The notes beneath the pieces are model-generated. The model did not search any database. It saw only the letters and a program-made list of their open reading frames with translations, and was not told where the DNA came from. The translations under genes were made by a program, and so were the position numbers. A stretch of DNA of 64,000 nucleotides from Tubiluchus corallicola (taxonomy: Eukaryota > Animalia > Priapulida), in assembly GCA_030141605.1 (NCBI GenBank), contig JAQGDQ010000828.1:1-64000 (forward strand), given 5' to 3'. This document shows, piece by piece, positions 24,501 through 34,928 of this stretch. Numbering within the stretch: position 1 is the first letter of the stretch; each line of letters starts with the position of its first letter.

Positions 24501-27500
24501 AGACTGCGTGAAAATTTTAAATTATTAGGAATTTTCCTTTTCAATTACATGAGTTTTTCAAACATTTAAGTGTAAATACAACTTTTTATGGGAACTTTTT
24601 CGGGATGCACTTTAAAATTCCCTCTCCTTCCCTTTTACATACATATTGCCCTCTCATTAACTCATGTTATATACACTTTAAGTATGTACATATTGCCCTC
24701 TCAATAACTCATGTTATATACACTCCAAGTATGTACATATTGCCCTCTCATTAACTCATGTTATATACACTCCAAGTATGTACATATTGCCCTCTCATTA
24801 ACTCATGTTATATACACTCCAAGTATGTACATATTGCCCTCTCATTAACTCATGTTATATACACTCCAAGTATGTACATACTCCCTCTCATTAACTCATG
24901 TTATATACACTCCAAGTATGTACATATTGCCCTCTCATTAACTCATGTTATATACACTCCAAGTATGTACATATTGCCCTCTCATTAACTCATGTTATAT
25001 ACACTCCAAGTATGTACATATTGCCCTCTCATTAACTCATGTTATATACACTCCAAGTATGTACATATTGCCCTCTCATTAACTCATGTTATATACACTC
25101 CAAGTATGTACATATTGCCCTCTCATGAACTCATGTTATATACACTCCAAGTATGTACATATTACTTTCTCATTAACTCATGTTATATACACTCCAAGTA
25201 TGTACATATTGCCCTCTCATTAACTCATGTTATATACACTCCAAGTATGTACATATTGCCCTCTCATTAACTCTTGTTATATACACTCCAAGTATGTACA
25301 TATTGCCCTCTCATTAACTCATGTTATATACACTCCAAGTATGTACATATTGCCCTCTCATTAACTCATGTTATATACACTCCAAGTATGTACATATTAC
25401 TTTCTCATTAACTCATGTTATATACACTCCAAGTATGTACATAATACCCTCTCATTAACTCATGTTATATACACTCCAAGTATGTACATATTGCCCTCTC
25501 ATTAACTCGTGTTATATACACTCCAAGTATGTACATATTGCCCTTTCATTAACTCGTGTTATATACACTCCAAGTATGTACATATTACTTTCTCATTAAC
25601 TCATGTTATATACACTCCAAGTATGTACATATTGCCCTCTCATGAACTCATGTTATATACACTCCAAGTATGTACATATTACCTTCTCATGAACTCTTGT
25701 TATATACACTCCAAGTATGTACAATTGCCCTCTCATGAACTCATGTTATATACACTCCAAGTATGTACATAATACCCTCTCATTAACTCATGTTATATAC
25801 ACTCCAAGTATGTACATATTACTTTCTCATTAACTCATGTTATATACACTCCAAGTATGTACATATTGCCCTCTCATGAACTCATGTTATATACACTCCA
25901 AGTATGTACATATCACTTTCTCATTAACTCATGTTATATACACTCCAAGTATGTACATATTGCCCTCTCATTAACTCATGTTATATACACTCCAAGTATG
26001 TACATTTTGTATCATCTTAGCTTGATTTACAGATCATTTTGGGTGACAAGGACAGTAAACAATCTTGTACTAAATGGAGACTATGCTGGACACACTGGCT
26101 TCTATCAAGTAAGCAATATGCTATGTACAACTTTATTATTAATGGTCAGCAGCGACTCGTAGCTAAAATTAGTGGGGCTGCTTGCTTCAGAAAATTTTTA
26201 GCAATTGTTTTAATACTGAGTAAAATGAAACAGACATATGTAATTTTAATGTTGTAATTTGAAATTGTAATTTTAAAGAAAAAAACATGCAAAAGTACAC
26301 ATAAATGTTATAAAATCTTAAAAAATGTTTTTTGCTTACCGATACTTTAAATGCCGCAGCTCAAACTTGATCCGTTGACGTTAAGCACGTGACAATTGAC
26401 AAACAGTGTGAGCGACAGTACTTTCTCTACCTGGGCTCAGACATGTGCATGCTGCTAGCTCACAACAGCCAAACACCTTGTTATCAGACCTGTGAGCACA
26501 CTGTACTGGGCTGTGAAGCAAACAATACTTCCCTCACATGCTCTGATTCCATACAAGTATAATGGAAGAACTGAAGAAAAAGACTTATTATAGTGAAAAT
26601 TATCGATAATGTTGAGTGACAATAGGAGGTGCTGCAGTTCTGAAGCACCTATACACAAGCCGCCACCGGATACAGTAGCTTTCTGCTGTGTCATTAAGGT
26701 CCGTACTCCCCCTATACACAAGCCGCCACCGGATACAGTAGCTTTCTGCTGTGTCATTAAGGTCCGTACTCCCCCTATACACGAGCCGCCACAGGATACA
26801 GTAGCTTTCTGCTGTGTCATTAAGGTCCGTACTCCCCCTATACATGAGCCACCACTGGATACAGTAGCTTCCTGCTGTGTCATTAAGGTCCGTTACTCCC
26901 TCTATACACGAGCAGCCACTGGATACAGTAGCTTTCTGCTGTTTCATTAAGGTCCGTACTCCCCCTATACACGAGCAGCCACTGGATACAGTAGCTTTCT
27001 GCTGTGTCATTAAGGTCGGTTACTCCCCCTATACACGAGCCGCCACCGGACACAGTAGCTTTCTGCTGTGTCATTAAGGTCCGTACTCCCCCTATACACA
27101 AGCCGCCACTGGATACAGTAGCTTTCTGCTGTTTCATTAAGGTCCGTACTCCCCCTACACACAAGCCGCCACTGGATACAGTAGCTTTCTGCTGTGTCAT
27201 TAAGGTCCGTACTCCCCCTATACATGAGCCACCACTGGATACAGTAGCTTTCTGCTGTGTCATTAAGGTCGGTTACTCCCCCTATACACGAGCAGCCACT
27301 GGATACAGTAGCTTTCTGCTGTTTCATTAAGGTCCGTACTCCCCCTATACACGAGCAGCCACTGGATACAGTAGCTTTCTGCTGTGTCATTAAGGTCGGT
27401 TACTCCCCCTATACACGAGCCGCCACCGGACACAGTAGCTTTCTGCTGTGTCATTAAGGTCCGTACTCCCCCTATACACGAGCAGCCACTGGATACAGTA

Positions 27501-30500
27501 GCTTTCTGCTGTGTCATTAAGGTCGGTTACTCCCCCTATACACGAGCCGCCACCGGACACAGTAGCTTTCTGCTGTGTCATTAAGGTCCGTACTCCCCCT
27601 ATACACAAGCCGCCACTGGATACAGTAGCTTTCTGCTGTTTCATTAAGGTCCGTACTCCCCCTACACACAAGCCGCCACTGGATACAGTAGCTTTCTGCT
27701 GTGTCATTAAGGTCCGTACTCCCCCTATACATGAGCCACCACTGGATACAGTAGCTTTCTGCTGTGTCATTAAGGTCGGTTACTCCCCCTATACACGAGC
27801 AGCCACTGGATACAGTAGCTTTCTGCTGTGTCATTAAGGTCCGTACTCCCCCTATACATGAGCCACCACTGGATACAGTAGCTTTCTGCTGTGTCATTAA
27901 GGTCCGTTACTCCCTCTATACACGAGCAGCCACTGGATACAGTAGCTTTCTGCTGTTTCATTAAGGTCCGTACTCCCCCTATACACGAGCAGCCACTGGA
28001 TACAGTAGCTTTCTGCTGTGTCATTAAGGTCCGTACTCCCCCTATACACGAGCTGCCACAGGATACAGTAGCTTTCTGCTGTGTCATTAAGGTCCGTACT
28101 CCCCCTATACACGAGCCGCCACCGGATACAGTAGCTTTCTGCTGTGTCATTAAGGTCCGTACTCCCCCTACACACGAGCCGCCACTGTATACAGTAGCTT
28201 TCTGCTGTGTCATTAAGGTCCGTACTCCCCCTATACACGAGCCGCCACAGGATACAGTAGCTTTCTGCTGTGTCATTAAGGTCCGTACTCCCCCTATACA
28301 CGAGCCGCCACCGGATACAGTAGCTTTCTGCTGTGTCATTAAGGTCCGTACTCCCCCTACACACGAGCCGCCACTGGATGCAGTAGCTTTCTGCTGTTTC
28401 ATTAAGGTCCGTACTCCCCCTATACACGAGCCGCCACAGGATACAGTAGCTTTCTGTTGTGTCATTAAGGTCCGTACTCCCCCTATACACGAGCCGCCAC
28501 CGGATACAGTAGCTTTATGCTGTGTCATTAAGGTCCGTACTCCCCCTACACACGAGCCGCCACTGTATACAGTAGCTTTCTGCTGTGTCATTAAGGTCCG
28601 TACTCCCCCTATACACGAGCCGCCACAGGATACAGTAGCTTTCTGCTGTGTCATTAAGGTCCGTACTCCCCCTATACACGAGCCGCCACCGGATACAGTA
28701 GCTTTCTGCTGTGTCATTAAGGTCCGTACTCCCCCTATACACGAGCCGCCACTGTATACAGTAGCTTTCTGCTGTGTCATTAAGGTCCGTACTCCCCCTA
28801 CACACGAGCCGCCACTGGATACAGTAGCTTTCTGCTGTGTCATTAAGGTCCGTACTCCCCCTACACACGAGCCGCCACTGGATACAGTAGCTTTCTGCTG
28901 TGTCATTAAGGTCCGTACTCCCCCTATACACGAGCCGCCACAGGATACAGTAGCTTTCTGCTGTGTCATTAAGGTCCGTACTCCCCCTATACACGAGCCG
29001 CCACCGGATACAGTAGCTTTCTGCTGTGTCATTAAGGTCCGTACTCGCCCTACACACGAGCCGCCACTGTATACAGTAGCTTTCTGCTGTGTCATTAAGG
29101 TCCGTACTCGCCCTACACACGAGCCGCCATTGGATACAGTAGCTTTCTGCTGTGTCATTAAGGTCCGTACTCCCCCTACACACGAGCCGCCACTGGATAC
29201 AGTAGCTTTCTGCTGTGTCATTAAGGTCCGTACTCCCCCTATACACGAGCCGCCACTGGATACAGTAGCTTTCTGCTGTGTCATTAAGGTCCGTACTCCC
29301 CCTATACACGAGCCGCCACTGGATACAGTAGCTTTCTGCTGTGTCATTAAGGTCCGTACTCCCCCTACACACGAGCCACCACTGGATACAGTTGCTTTGT
29401 CATTACAGATGATTGTTTTGACTCAGCAGTCATTTTTAATGCTAGAAAGGAATCTAATGTACTAATTATTCCTTTTCAGCTCGCTTTTAAGCATTGAAAA
29501 CATCGGCTAAGTCAAAACAATAGTCTTCGCTTAACTAACACGTTGAGTTTTTGTGAAATTTGGAAGTACGGTCAAACTTTGGCATACTGGCCTAATGCCA
29601 ACTTTTTTTTGGTCCTTGGTATAAACAGATTTGACTGTACATTGTATAACATGCAGTGAGATGAATGATAAATGAATTTAGATCTCCTTTGAGGCCTCCA
29701 AAAGTTGCTTAAATACAGGGAAATACATTAGTGGCCGGGGCTCCTCCCCGGAACCCGCTGGGGGAGTCTACAGACCCCCCAAACCTCCTAGCTCTTTGTG
29801 CATCAAATTTTAGTTTAAACTCTAGCACCAGCCATGTGGGTGAATGATATCGGGATATGATAGATGTGACAATGAAGTGTATGATTAATGATACTCAGAT
29901 ATCGGCTCTACAAATTTATTAAACTTTTTGATGCTCTTAGCTGAAAACTCGGTTAATCGATGCCTCGAGTTATTTGCACCACAATTACAAAGGCTTCTCA
30001 AAATGGAAGATTTCCTATTATGGAATGCCTAATACTGGATAGAAGTCTTAATGATTTTACAAACACAGAAGGTTTTAGTTCGTTATTATTTCATGTTCCC
30101 TCATTAAGAGAAGCATCACCCCTCACAATCATTAATCTAATAGCTAATTTACTGAGAAGAAAGGTGCTGGAAAATTATGAAGAAAGCAAGATTTGAACCC
30201 AGAGCTTTGCATTTATAACTTGCGTGACCTAAACAGAGAAAAGTGAAACATTAAGTGTCAGTGGAAGCTTTTGTGTGAATGAAATAAAATTGCTTTTCAA
30301 AATTCATGGTTTAAAGAGAATTCTGTCTCTACATTACATTATCAAATTTTTAACAGCAGGTGGTACCACATGCTTAGTGTAATGTACCACAACAAAGTAT
30401 TTACAATACCTACATTTCACCATTACTGTAAAACTAAGACACCTAATTTAAATCATCCAAGTAAAATGTAAATTCTGTTTTCTTCCATTTTAGTTCAAAA

Positions 30501-32853
30501 CTTCTTCTGATTTTTTTGTTAATTTTTCTTTTAGATAAAAGATGTTGATAGTATGTGGGATTACTTATTTAACACATTAGAACCGAGTTTATTTGTGGAT
30601 AATAATAGTGATCCAGTTGCTCCTGGATTCACCCGCGACTCCACCACCTGGCTTGTGGGCGTGGTCAGACTTAGACAACTTCGTGTAACTAAAGGTTTTT
30701 ACTTAAGCTGTACAATAGTTTATTCAATATGTTGACTCAATATAAGTGACATGTTTTGTGTAAGTTACTAAGTTATACTACTTAACTGTCAGCCAGTCAT
30801 GACTGGAATCATTTTTTGGCTCTCCTTTTTTCATAACAGGCAGTTAAATTTTTTCTTGTATGCTTTTTGTTTTTAATAAAAATCATTGATTACAATACAA
30901 CTCTGAAACCTGTTATATGTGAAGAAAGGTTTTCTAGTGCCTCCTGTATGTGGGTGTTCCACTTGTTCACAAAACCCTGTATTTATCATCCTATTTCGTG
31001 TCGTTACTTTTAGTTAAAACTTCAAAAAACTTCTCAGTTTACAACAATTACATGTGCAGGTCACATTTGCTTGAGACGTGGTTGATCGTTCATGATAAAA
31101 CATTTTTAACTTGTTATTACAAAAAGGAAAGATTACAAAGTTGGAATTATTGTAATAAGCTGATTTCATTTCTTGGCAAATTTGCTCTTTAGGTTTGTGT
31201 AAACCTCCTCAGATAGTACAACCATTTGGACGGCAATGTGTCGGGAACTATTACTGGCCGCTGCAGGATAAGGTGTCGTACCGTTCCGGGTGGCGCTACC
31301 GACAGTACCCGAGGTATCCTCCCGATAAGTGGACTTTCCAATCAACTACAGAGTTACAGACTTTGCCATTAGTAGGCAAGTTGTCTTAAATGTTGTTCAT
31401 TTTTATCACCAGGTGCCAAAGCAGAAATACAAGTTTATCAGATGTCCTATGATTAAGTATGGTTTGTGGTTTAATTGGATACTCTGCATAGCACTTGATG
31501 CAAAGATGAATACTTTAACTGCCGTCGTTCTCACGTAAACAGTTAAAATGTTTGAAAAATGTATTTTAATCATCAAATTACGCTTAACTATGACTTAGAT
31601 TAACTCCAAGAACTATTACTATTACAGCAGCGTGGTAAACAAATGCATTGTTTGGTCTGGATAAAGTTGTTAGGTTCACTGAACCTTTGACTTTTTCACG
31701 ATCTTCATCAATCACTGGATCTGTGATAATGGTTATTATTGTCTAATTATTAATTATTTTCGCAGGTCGTTTTGCTCTGTACAGTGGCGGAGGCTACGTA
31801 CAAGAACTAACACGCAACACGACCGTAAACAGACAAATATTCAACCGCCTGATTAACTCGCGCTGGATCGATGACCAAACTCGTGTTGTGATGATCGAAT
31901 TCACTCTCTTCAGTGTTAATTCACAGCTATTCAGCATCGTCAATCTGATGGTGGAGTTCCACGGGACAGGTGGAATTTTCCCCTATCAGTCCATATTCAC
32001 TCTGAACCTATACAAGTACGTTCAGTCGAATGCTTTGTCTCTACTTGCAAGCGAGGTGATCTATGTCTTGCTTCTGCTTATTTTCATCTACCGTGAAATC
32101 AAGAAGATTTATAACAAACGAATGGAATACTTCAGCAAATTCTGGAACTGGTTGGATCTTGCCATTGTGCTGCTATCCATCGTATGCATCATCTTGTTCA
32201 CAAAAAAGGCGATAGTCGTGAGAAAATTACTAGAGCGGTACTCCGAAAGTGATAAATCCGTGTTCATCAGCTTCTACGAAGCCGCATTGTTAGATTTCTC
32301 GCTGACGTGTGGGTTGGCGTGGTTGGTCATCTTGGTAACCATCAAACTGTGGCATGTTCTCATCTTTAACCGTACCATGTCATTGTATTTTTTCAGTCTA
32401 GCGCTGTCGATAAAACCGCTGTTGCATTTTTGTTTGTTTCTGCTTTTTACCTTACTACCGTTTGCAATGTTTGGGATGTTAGTATTTGGTCTGGAAGCGA
32501 GGCAATTCACCACATTCATCTTGAGTCTTGAAACTCTGTTTAACATGATCGTGCGAGGTGGAGAGTTCAGCGTTTTCCATGCTGCTCATTCGAAACTTGG
32601 CCCGCTCTTTTTCACCATTTACACGATGTTCTCTCTCATATACGTGTTGGGTATATTCAAGGTACTTCTTATGCATTCGTACGACTCCATGGTGAAACAG
32701 ATGAAACATAAACGACATTACGACATTGCTGAGTACATAGCCAAACGAGTGTCTTCACTCACACGATTCAATCAAATCAAGCAAGCTCGAATGAGACGTC
32801 GACAGTCAAGAAAAATTAGTCAATCGCTGGATATTGAAGAAATTTATGCTTGA
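2878..32853 (+). CDS. PKD1L: Polycystin-1-like (PKD1L2/PKD1L3/REJ family) receptor-channel, 5'-incomplete, 17 exons: 2878-2980, 3963-4083, 4840-4943, 7189-7419, 8114-8234, 11106-11265, 11800-11938, 14092-14199, 15175-15310, 15471-15597, 19146-19221, 19794-20503, 24052-24231, 26033-26108, 30535-30694, 31193-31375, 31766-32853
   Basis: All junctions are AG/GT (two GC donors) with matching phases; total 3823 nt. Motifs: GPS CLYWNE..W...GC/CKCDHMSTF, TM1, PLAT (YTG..GAGTTSNV; VWHDN.G..PSW), HLWLSVF..P..S.FTRVQR, LPWYC, RLRQLRV, YSGGGY, WIDDQTR..MIEF, FWNWLD. Exact orthology not determined. Confidence 0.93.
3100..3670. repeat. About 5 copies of a 45-bp core interspersed with (TG)n/(TA)n microsatellites
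   Basis: atagcaagtact..cttgacaa.gctattgcgttttaacaat repeated. Confidence 0.9.
3963..4083 (+). CDS. PKD1L exon: end of first PLAT domain (ILIVDGHLEMTCPCGQWLEG...NNTPP)
   Basis: tttcgtag acceptor, G|gtaggc donor, phase 0 in / phase 1 out matches both neighbours; C..WL PLAT motif; not in the ORF track. Confidence 0.75.
4600..4748 (-). mobile_element. tRNA-derived SINE fragment (related pieces at 33695-33815 + and 41340-41390 +)
   Basis: Reverse complement has A-box tctagtggtaacg and B-box gagttcaatac, then gggtcataccaa; shared with 33700 (ataccaaacactttaaaaatggtac, reminiscent of the Meta-SINE core, from memory). Confidence 0.6.
4840..4943 (+). CDS. PKD1L exon: first half of GPS motif
   Basis: KCLYWNETTEEWTDKGCS; cttgtag / gtaaga. 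Confidence 0.9.
5099..6995. repeat. 64-bp tandem array, about 30 copies, intronic
   Basis: Unit agttctaatacgtactgctaggcaaacaataggtatcatgtcccaggtgtagtgttacagccat. Confidence 0.97.
7189..7419 (+). CDS. PKD1L exon: second half of GPS plus TM1
   Basis: VGPLTT...CKCDHMSTFGG, hydrophobic IIVVVLVWVVYLFVILY, R.KDK.D; tttgcag / gttcgt. Confidence 0.92.
7829..8157 (+). repeat. 66-bp x5 array containing the 3' splice site and first 44 nt of exon 8114
   Basis: Acceptors followed by GTTGG at 7850, 7916, 7982, 8048, 8114. Confidence 0.95.
8114..8234 (+). CDS. PKD1L exon: start of cytoplasmic PLAT domain (VGVTFLEDNNPNDQHAYLIITYTGIRQGAGTTSNVFIILNG)
   Basis: Begins in the last copy of a 66-bp repeat; G|gtgagt donor; phases match neighbours. 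Confidence 0.9.
9051..9337 (-). mobile_element. 5'-truncated RTE-clade LINE 3' end
   Basis: LGHVARM..RLP..GGQ.K...DR..W C-terminal RTE motif; (TAAG)-like tail; flanked by a direct duplication of about 90 bp. Confidence 0.7.
9755..10295. repeat. Composite tandem repeat with units of about 25 bp
   Basis: gagccatgtgactgtgatgtgttaac variants. Confidence 0.9.
11106..11265 (+). CDS. PKD1L exon: PLAT domain middle
   Basis: GSVDWF...LGDLKSIKVWHDNHGRDPSW; ttctag / gtgagt. Confidence 0.92.
11800..11938 (+). CDS. PKD1L exon: PLAT domain end (FLRKIIVRDL...GDWLAVD)
   Basis: ttttacag / CAG|gttgga, phase 2 to 0. Confidence 0.9.
12785..14103 (+). repeat. 47/48-bp array (about 27 copies) containing the acceptor and start of exon 14092
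   Basis: Unit aactgttcttttcgcag-ACTTTTGTTCACAT-gtaagttgtgcaaactg. Confidence 0.97.
14092..14199 (+). CDS. PKD1L exon (TFVHVFKEK...HLWLSVFMKPPQSDFTRVQ)
   Basis: Conserved HLW/FTRVQ motif; starts in the last copy of a 47-48-bp repeat. Confidence 0.9.
14520..15232 (+). repeat. Degenerate array of about 64-bp units derived from the acceptor and start of exon 15175
   Basis: Recurring gcacattatgtt..tttca(g/a) followed by (c/t)gagcta.atg..tt-like sequence. Confidence 0.7.
15175..15310 (+). CDS. PKD1L exon: TM2 (RATCVLSLLLTTMLTHIMFFG)
   Basis: Completes the FTRVQR motif; ttttcag / gtaagt. Confidence 0.9.
15471..15597 (+). CDS. PKD1L exon: TM3 (MESITIIYPVHIFLILLFRFAR)
   Basis: tgcatag / GG|gtaagt, phase 1 to 2. 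Confidence 0.88.
16080..16320 (+). mobile_element. Dispersed non-LTR/SINE-like repeat; second copy at about 52565-52900 in opposite orientation
   Basis: About 240 bp closely similar to the reverse complement of 52570-52812. Confidence 0.8.
16905..17222. repeat. 65-bp tandem repeat, about 5 copies
   Basis: gctgcagtctagcacccctcaagcttggagccacctcaaacttagtggcttattggctagtataa. Confidence 0.95.
17505..19172 (+). repeat. 77/84-bp array (21 acceptor copies) containing the acceptor and start of exon 19146; internal higher-order duplication of about 810 bp
   Basis: ttattatttag-CTTCCCAGTTCTGCCTTCACCGCAATCC in each unit. Confidence 0.96.
19146..19221 (+). CDS. PKD1L small exon (FPVLPSPQSSPRSKTNSMKWKSKLS)
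   Basis: atttag / TCG|gtaagt; supplies the phase 2 to 0 bridge needed between 15597 and 19794; starts in the last copy of a 77/84-bp repeat. Confidence 0.75.
19794..20503 (+). CDS. PKD1L exon: loop plus TM4-TM5 (LPWYCVYVGW...YGLKFG..KS..W)
   Basis: Long ORF with PKD1-family motif; cttatag / AG|gtatgt. Confidence 0.92.
20770..22680 (+). mobile_element. 5'-truncated CR1/L2-clade LINE (RT domain, disrupted) in a PKD1L intron
   Basis: NYRPVSLL, Q.GFR, DLSKAFDTV, GVPQGSVLGPLLF, FADDT; stop/frameshift near 21536 and 21921; 3' tail aatgaataaatgaataaa. Confidence 0.92.
23022..23873 (+). mobile_element. Internally deleted hAT (Buster/Charlie-type) DNA transposon with hATC dimerisation remnant (23222-23569)
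   Basis: TIRs CAGTGGTTtCCAAA / TTTGGGAACCACTG; 8-bp TSD GTTTAAAA at 23014-23021 and 23874-23881; FSTTYLCEQGFS...KKRNRL...HPSH* motif. Confidence 0.93.
24052..24231 (+). CDS. PKD1L exon: S1 helix of channel domain
   Basis: PP...ILRAR...WELVLFLLFIIFL; GC donor AG|gcaagt required by phase. Confidence 0.85.
24640..26005. repeat. 47-bp tandem array, about 29 copies, ending about 28 nt before acceptor 26033
   Basis: tacatattgccctctcattaactcatgttatatacactccaagtatg. Confidence 0.97.
26033..26108 (+). CDS. PKD1L exon (SFWVTRTVNNLVLNGDYAGHTGFYQ)
   Basis: tttacag / gtaagc, phase 2 to 0. Confidence 0.8.
26648..29395. repeat. 63-bp tandem array, about 43 copies, intronic
   Basis: cctatacacgagccgccactggatacagtagctttctgctgtgtcattaaggtccgtactccc. 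Confidence 0.97.
30535..30694 (+). CDS. PKD1L exon: TOP/polycystin domain (MWDYL...LVGVVRLRQLRV)
   Basis: RLRQLRV polycystin motif. Confidence 0.9.
31193..31375 (+). CDS. PKD1L exon: TOP domain
   Basis: C..C...D..SY..GW...W.FQS pattern; GC donor G|gcaagt gives the required phase 1. Confidence 0.85.
31766..32853 (+). CDS. PKD1L terminal exon: polycystin cation-channel domain S2-S6 and C-terminal tail
   Basis: YSGGGY, WIDDQTR, IEF, FWNWLD, GPLFF; stop at 32853. Confidence 0.95.
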
Positions 32854-33914
32854 ACCTTAATTGTGCTTAAGTTAATTTTTGTAGCTGCAACAAAGCATTT
32901 GGATATATATATATATATATATATAAACTGTGATGTGTAGGCTAGGTTTTAATATAAGGGCATCCATTACACACACACACGTATTATGGAAGGGTGCGAT
33001 TTTTCAAAATTTATGTGGAACCGAAAATTAACTAGCTTTACATTGTAATTATCTAACATTGCAAAATAGTTAGTATTCAGCATCGCATAATTTTCGACAT
33101 AATTCTTGTGTTAAGCTGGTTAATTGCACTCAGTTGTGCTTGTTTTATTTTCTTTAATGCCGAAAGAAAGAGTTAAAAAGAGTGTGTTAAGTGAGTGACA
33201 TTTGATGTGCGAATTTGCATGCAGATCCGTGGACTAATTGCCCATTAATACAAGTTACACTGAACTTTGTAAAAAACAGCAAACTGCATTACTGAAGATA
33301 TACATTATTAGCTTACACATACACAGCTTCATAATAGTACTTATACTAGTATGTAAAAATCAGACACACAATTATCTGCCTCAAATTATCTGGGATAAAA
33401 TATTACACCTACACAGCAACGTCTCTATGAAGCAAACAGTGTCATCGGTAACTTTAATATACAGTTATTAGATGTATATTACATATTAAAAAAATACTGA
33501 ATTTAAATCGAAGCGCTGGGATGAGTTGAATGCCAATAAAGAAACTGACCAATGCCCAGTGTCAGTGACCCTTTGTACGACGTTCATCTGTCCTACAAGG
33601 GATGGTGACTGTTGCCCACTGCATCTCGGAGTTAACATGGTGGATGCCTGAGAAAACGCCGTACGTGAAGCTGATGATGATGATGATTTGGACCAGACGC
33701 TTTAGTCTAGTGGTAACGTGTCCTCTTTCCGCCTAATACCAAACACTTTAAAAATGGTACCTGCCTTAGCCTTGTCTGGTGCGTAGTATTTAGGGTAAAA
33801 GTGGGTAAACAATAATCTTTATTTGTTATTTATTTATTTGTCATTTACAGTCGGCAAAAAAGTTTTTAAGCTTATGTTACTTGTTAATCAAAAAGCCGGC
33901 TTTAAATAAAGATT

Positions 33915-34035
33915 ATTGCAATTATTGTTGTTGTTGTTATTATTATTATTATTATCATCATCATCATCATCACCACCATCATCATCATCATCATCATCAT
34001 CATTATTATTACGGTGATGATGATGATGATGATAA
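33915..34035. repeat. Compound trinucleotide microsatellite (TTG/TTA/CAT/GAT)
   Basis: Direct reading. Confidence 0.9.
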
Positions 34036-34667
34036 TGAAAAAGTCAGTGTTCGGGTTCTCATATATTTGCGATGCTCGCGGATAAAGTCATCAAAATTAT
34101 CTTCATGCGATTTTTTCCCCTTTTTTCTTTCACCTGTGTAGAGCGATAATTTGAAATGTAGGTCCTTTTACCTAGCGCAATTAATTATGTGCTTTAATTA
34201 AGAAATTAATTATGTGCTTTTATTAGTCGCTCTTATAATTAAAGGGATGACATTGAACGTTCCCATTCGATTCGAGCGAGTTTTTTTAATTCGAGTTCGA
34301 CTCGAACTTAAAATTATATATTCGAATAATTGACCACTTCAACTGCGAACGTTCTTTATCATTAAGACATTTGAAACGTTGTGACGTCACGCAATCAGCA
34401 CAACTTAGCTGCAATTTCTGCGCGAAATTTTTAAACAAAATGTTAATGTTTTTGCTTCAGAAAAAAATCAAGCAGTATGCAAGACCTTTGCGTGAATGCC
34501 TTTTATTAATGATTCGAAAATTTACTAGGCTGATTCGTCATCGTTAATTGCAGGTTTGATTCGAGCGATTCGATTCGAATTCGCATTTAAGCAAAAAATG
34601 CTGACCCTATTGATTATTGATTTTCCATACCTTTTGCGTAATCGCCTTATCTGTTCTTGTTAGTATA

Positions 34668-34928
34668 TGTGGAAGTTGGAATTGTACATTATAATTAGGT
34701 GCTGCCATCTATGAGCTAATCTGGTTACATTCTACCAGCTAACTTACCCCCAGTATAATTGTATGGTCCAGTGAATGCATATTCACTGGTCCTCTCCCTA
34801 TTTTAAAGTAATGGTTATTGTGAAGCCTGTGCAAGTCTGCATAGGTCACCTATACCTATATATACTGACTTGTTTTGCTTTCTAGTCACTCTCACTCCAA
34901 CTCTCAGTGTTCAGTGCAGGACACTATC
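34668..34928 (+). mobile_element. Truncated LTR of the same family as the three solo LTRs
   Basis: TGTGGAAGTT start, aggtgctgccatcta, ccagtgaat..atattcactgg, cagtgcaggacact shared with 60884-61274; no matching end found. Confidence 0.7.

Noticed and set aside
24758-26005. Repetitive ORFs and a possible junction array
   Set aside because: ORFs are repeat translations; the 47-bp unit stops before, and does not contain, the 26033 acceptor.
26455-29465. 524-525 aa ORFs on both strands
   Set aside because: Produced by a stop-free 63-bp intronic tandem repeat; open in several frames and not needed for the gene model.
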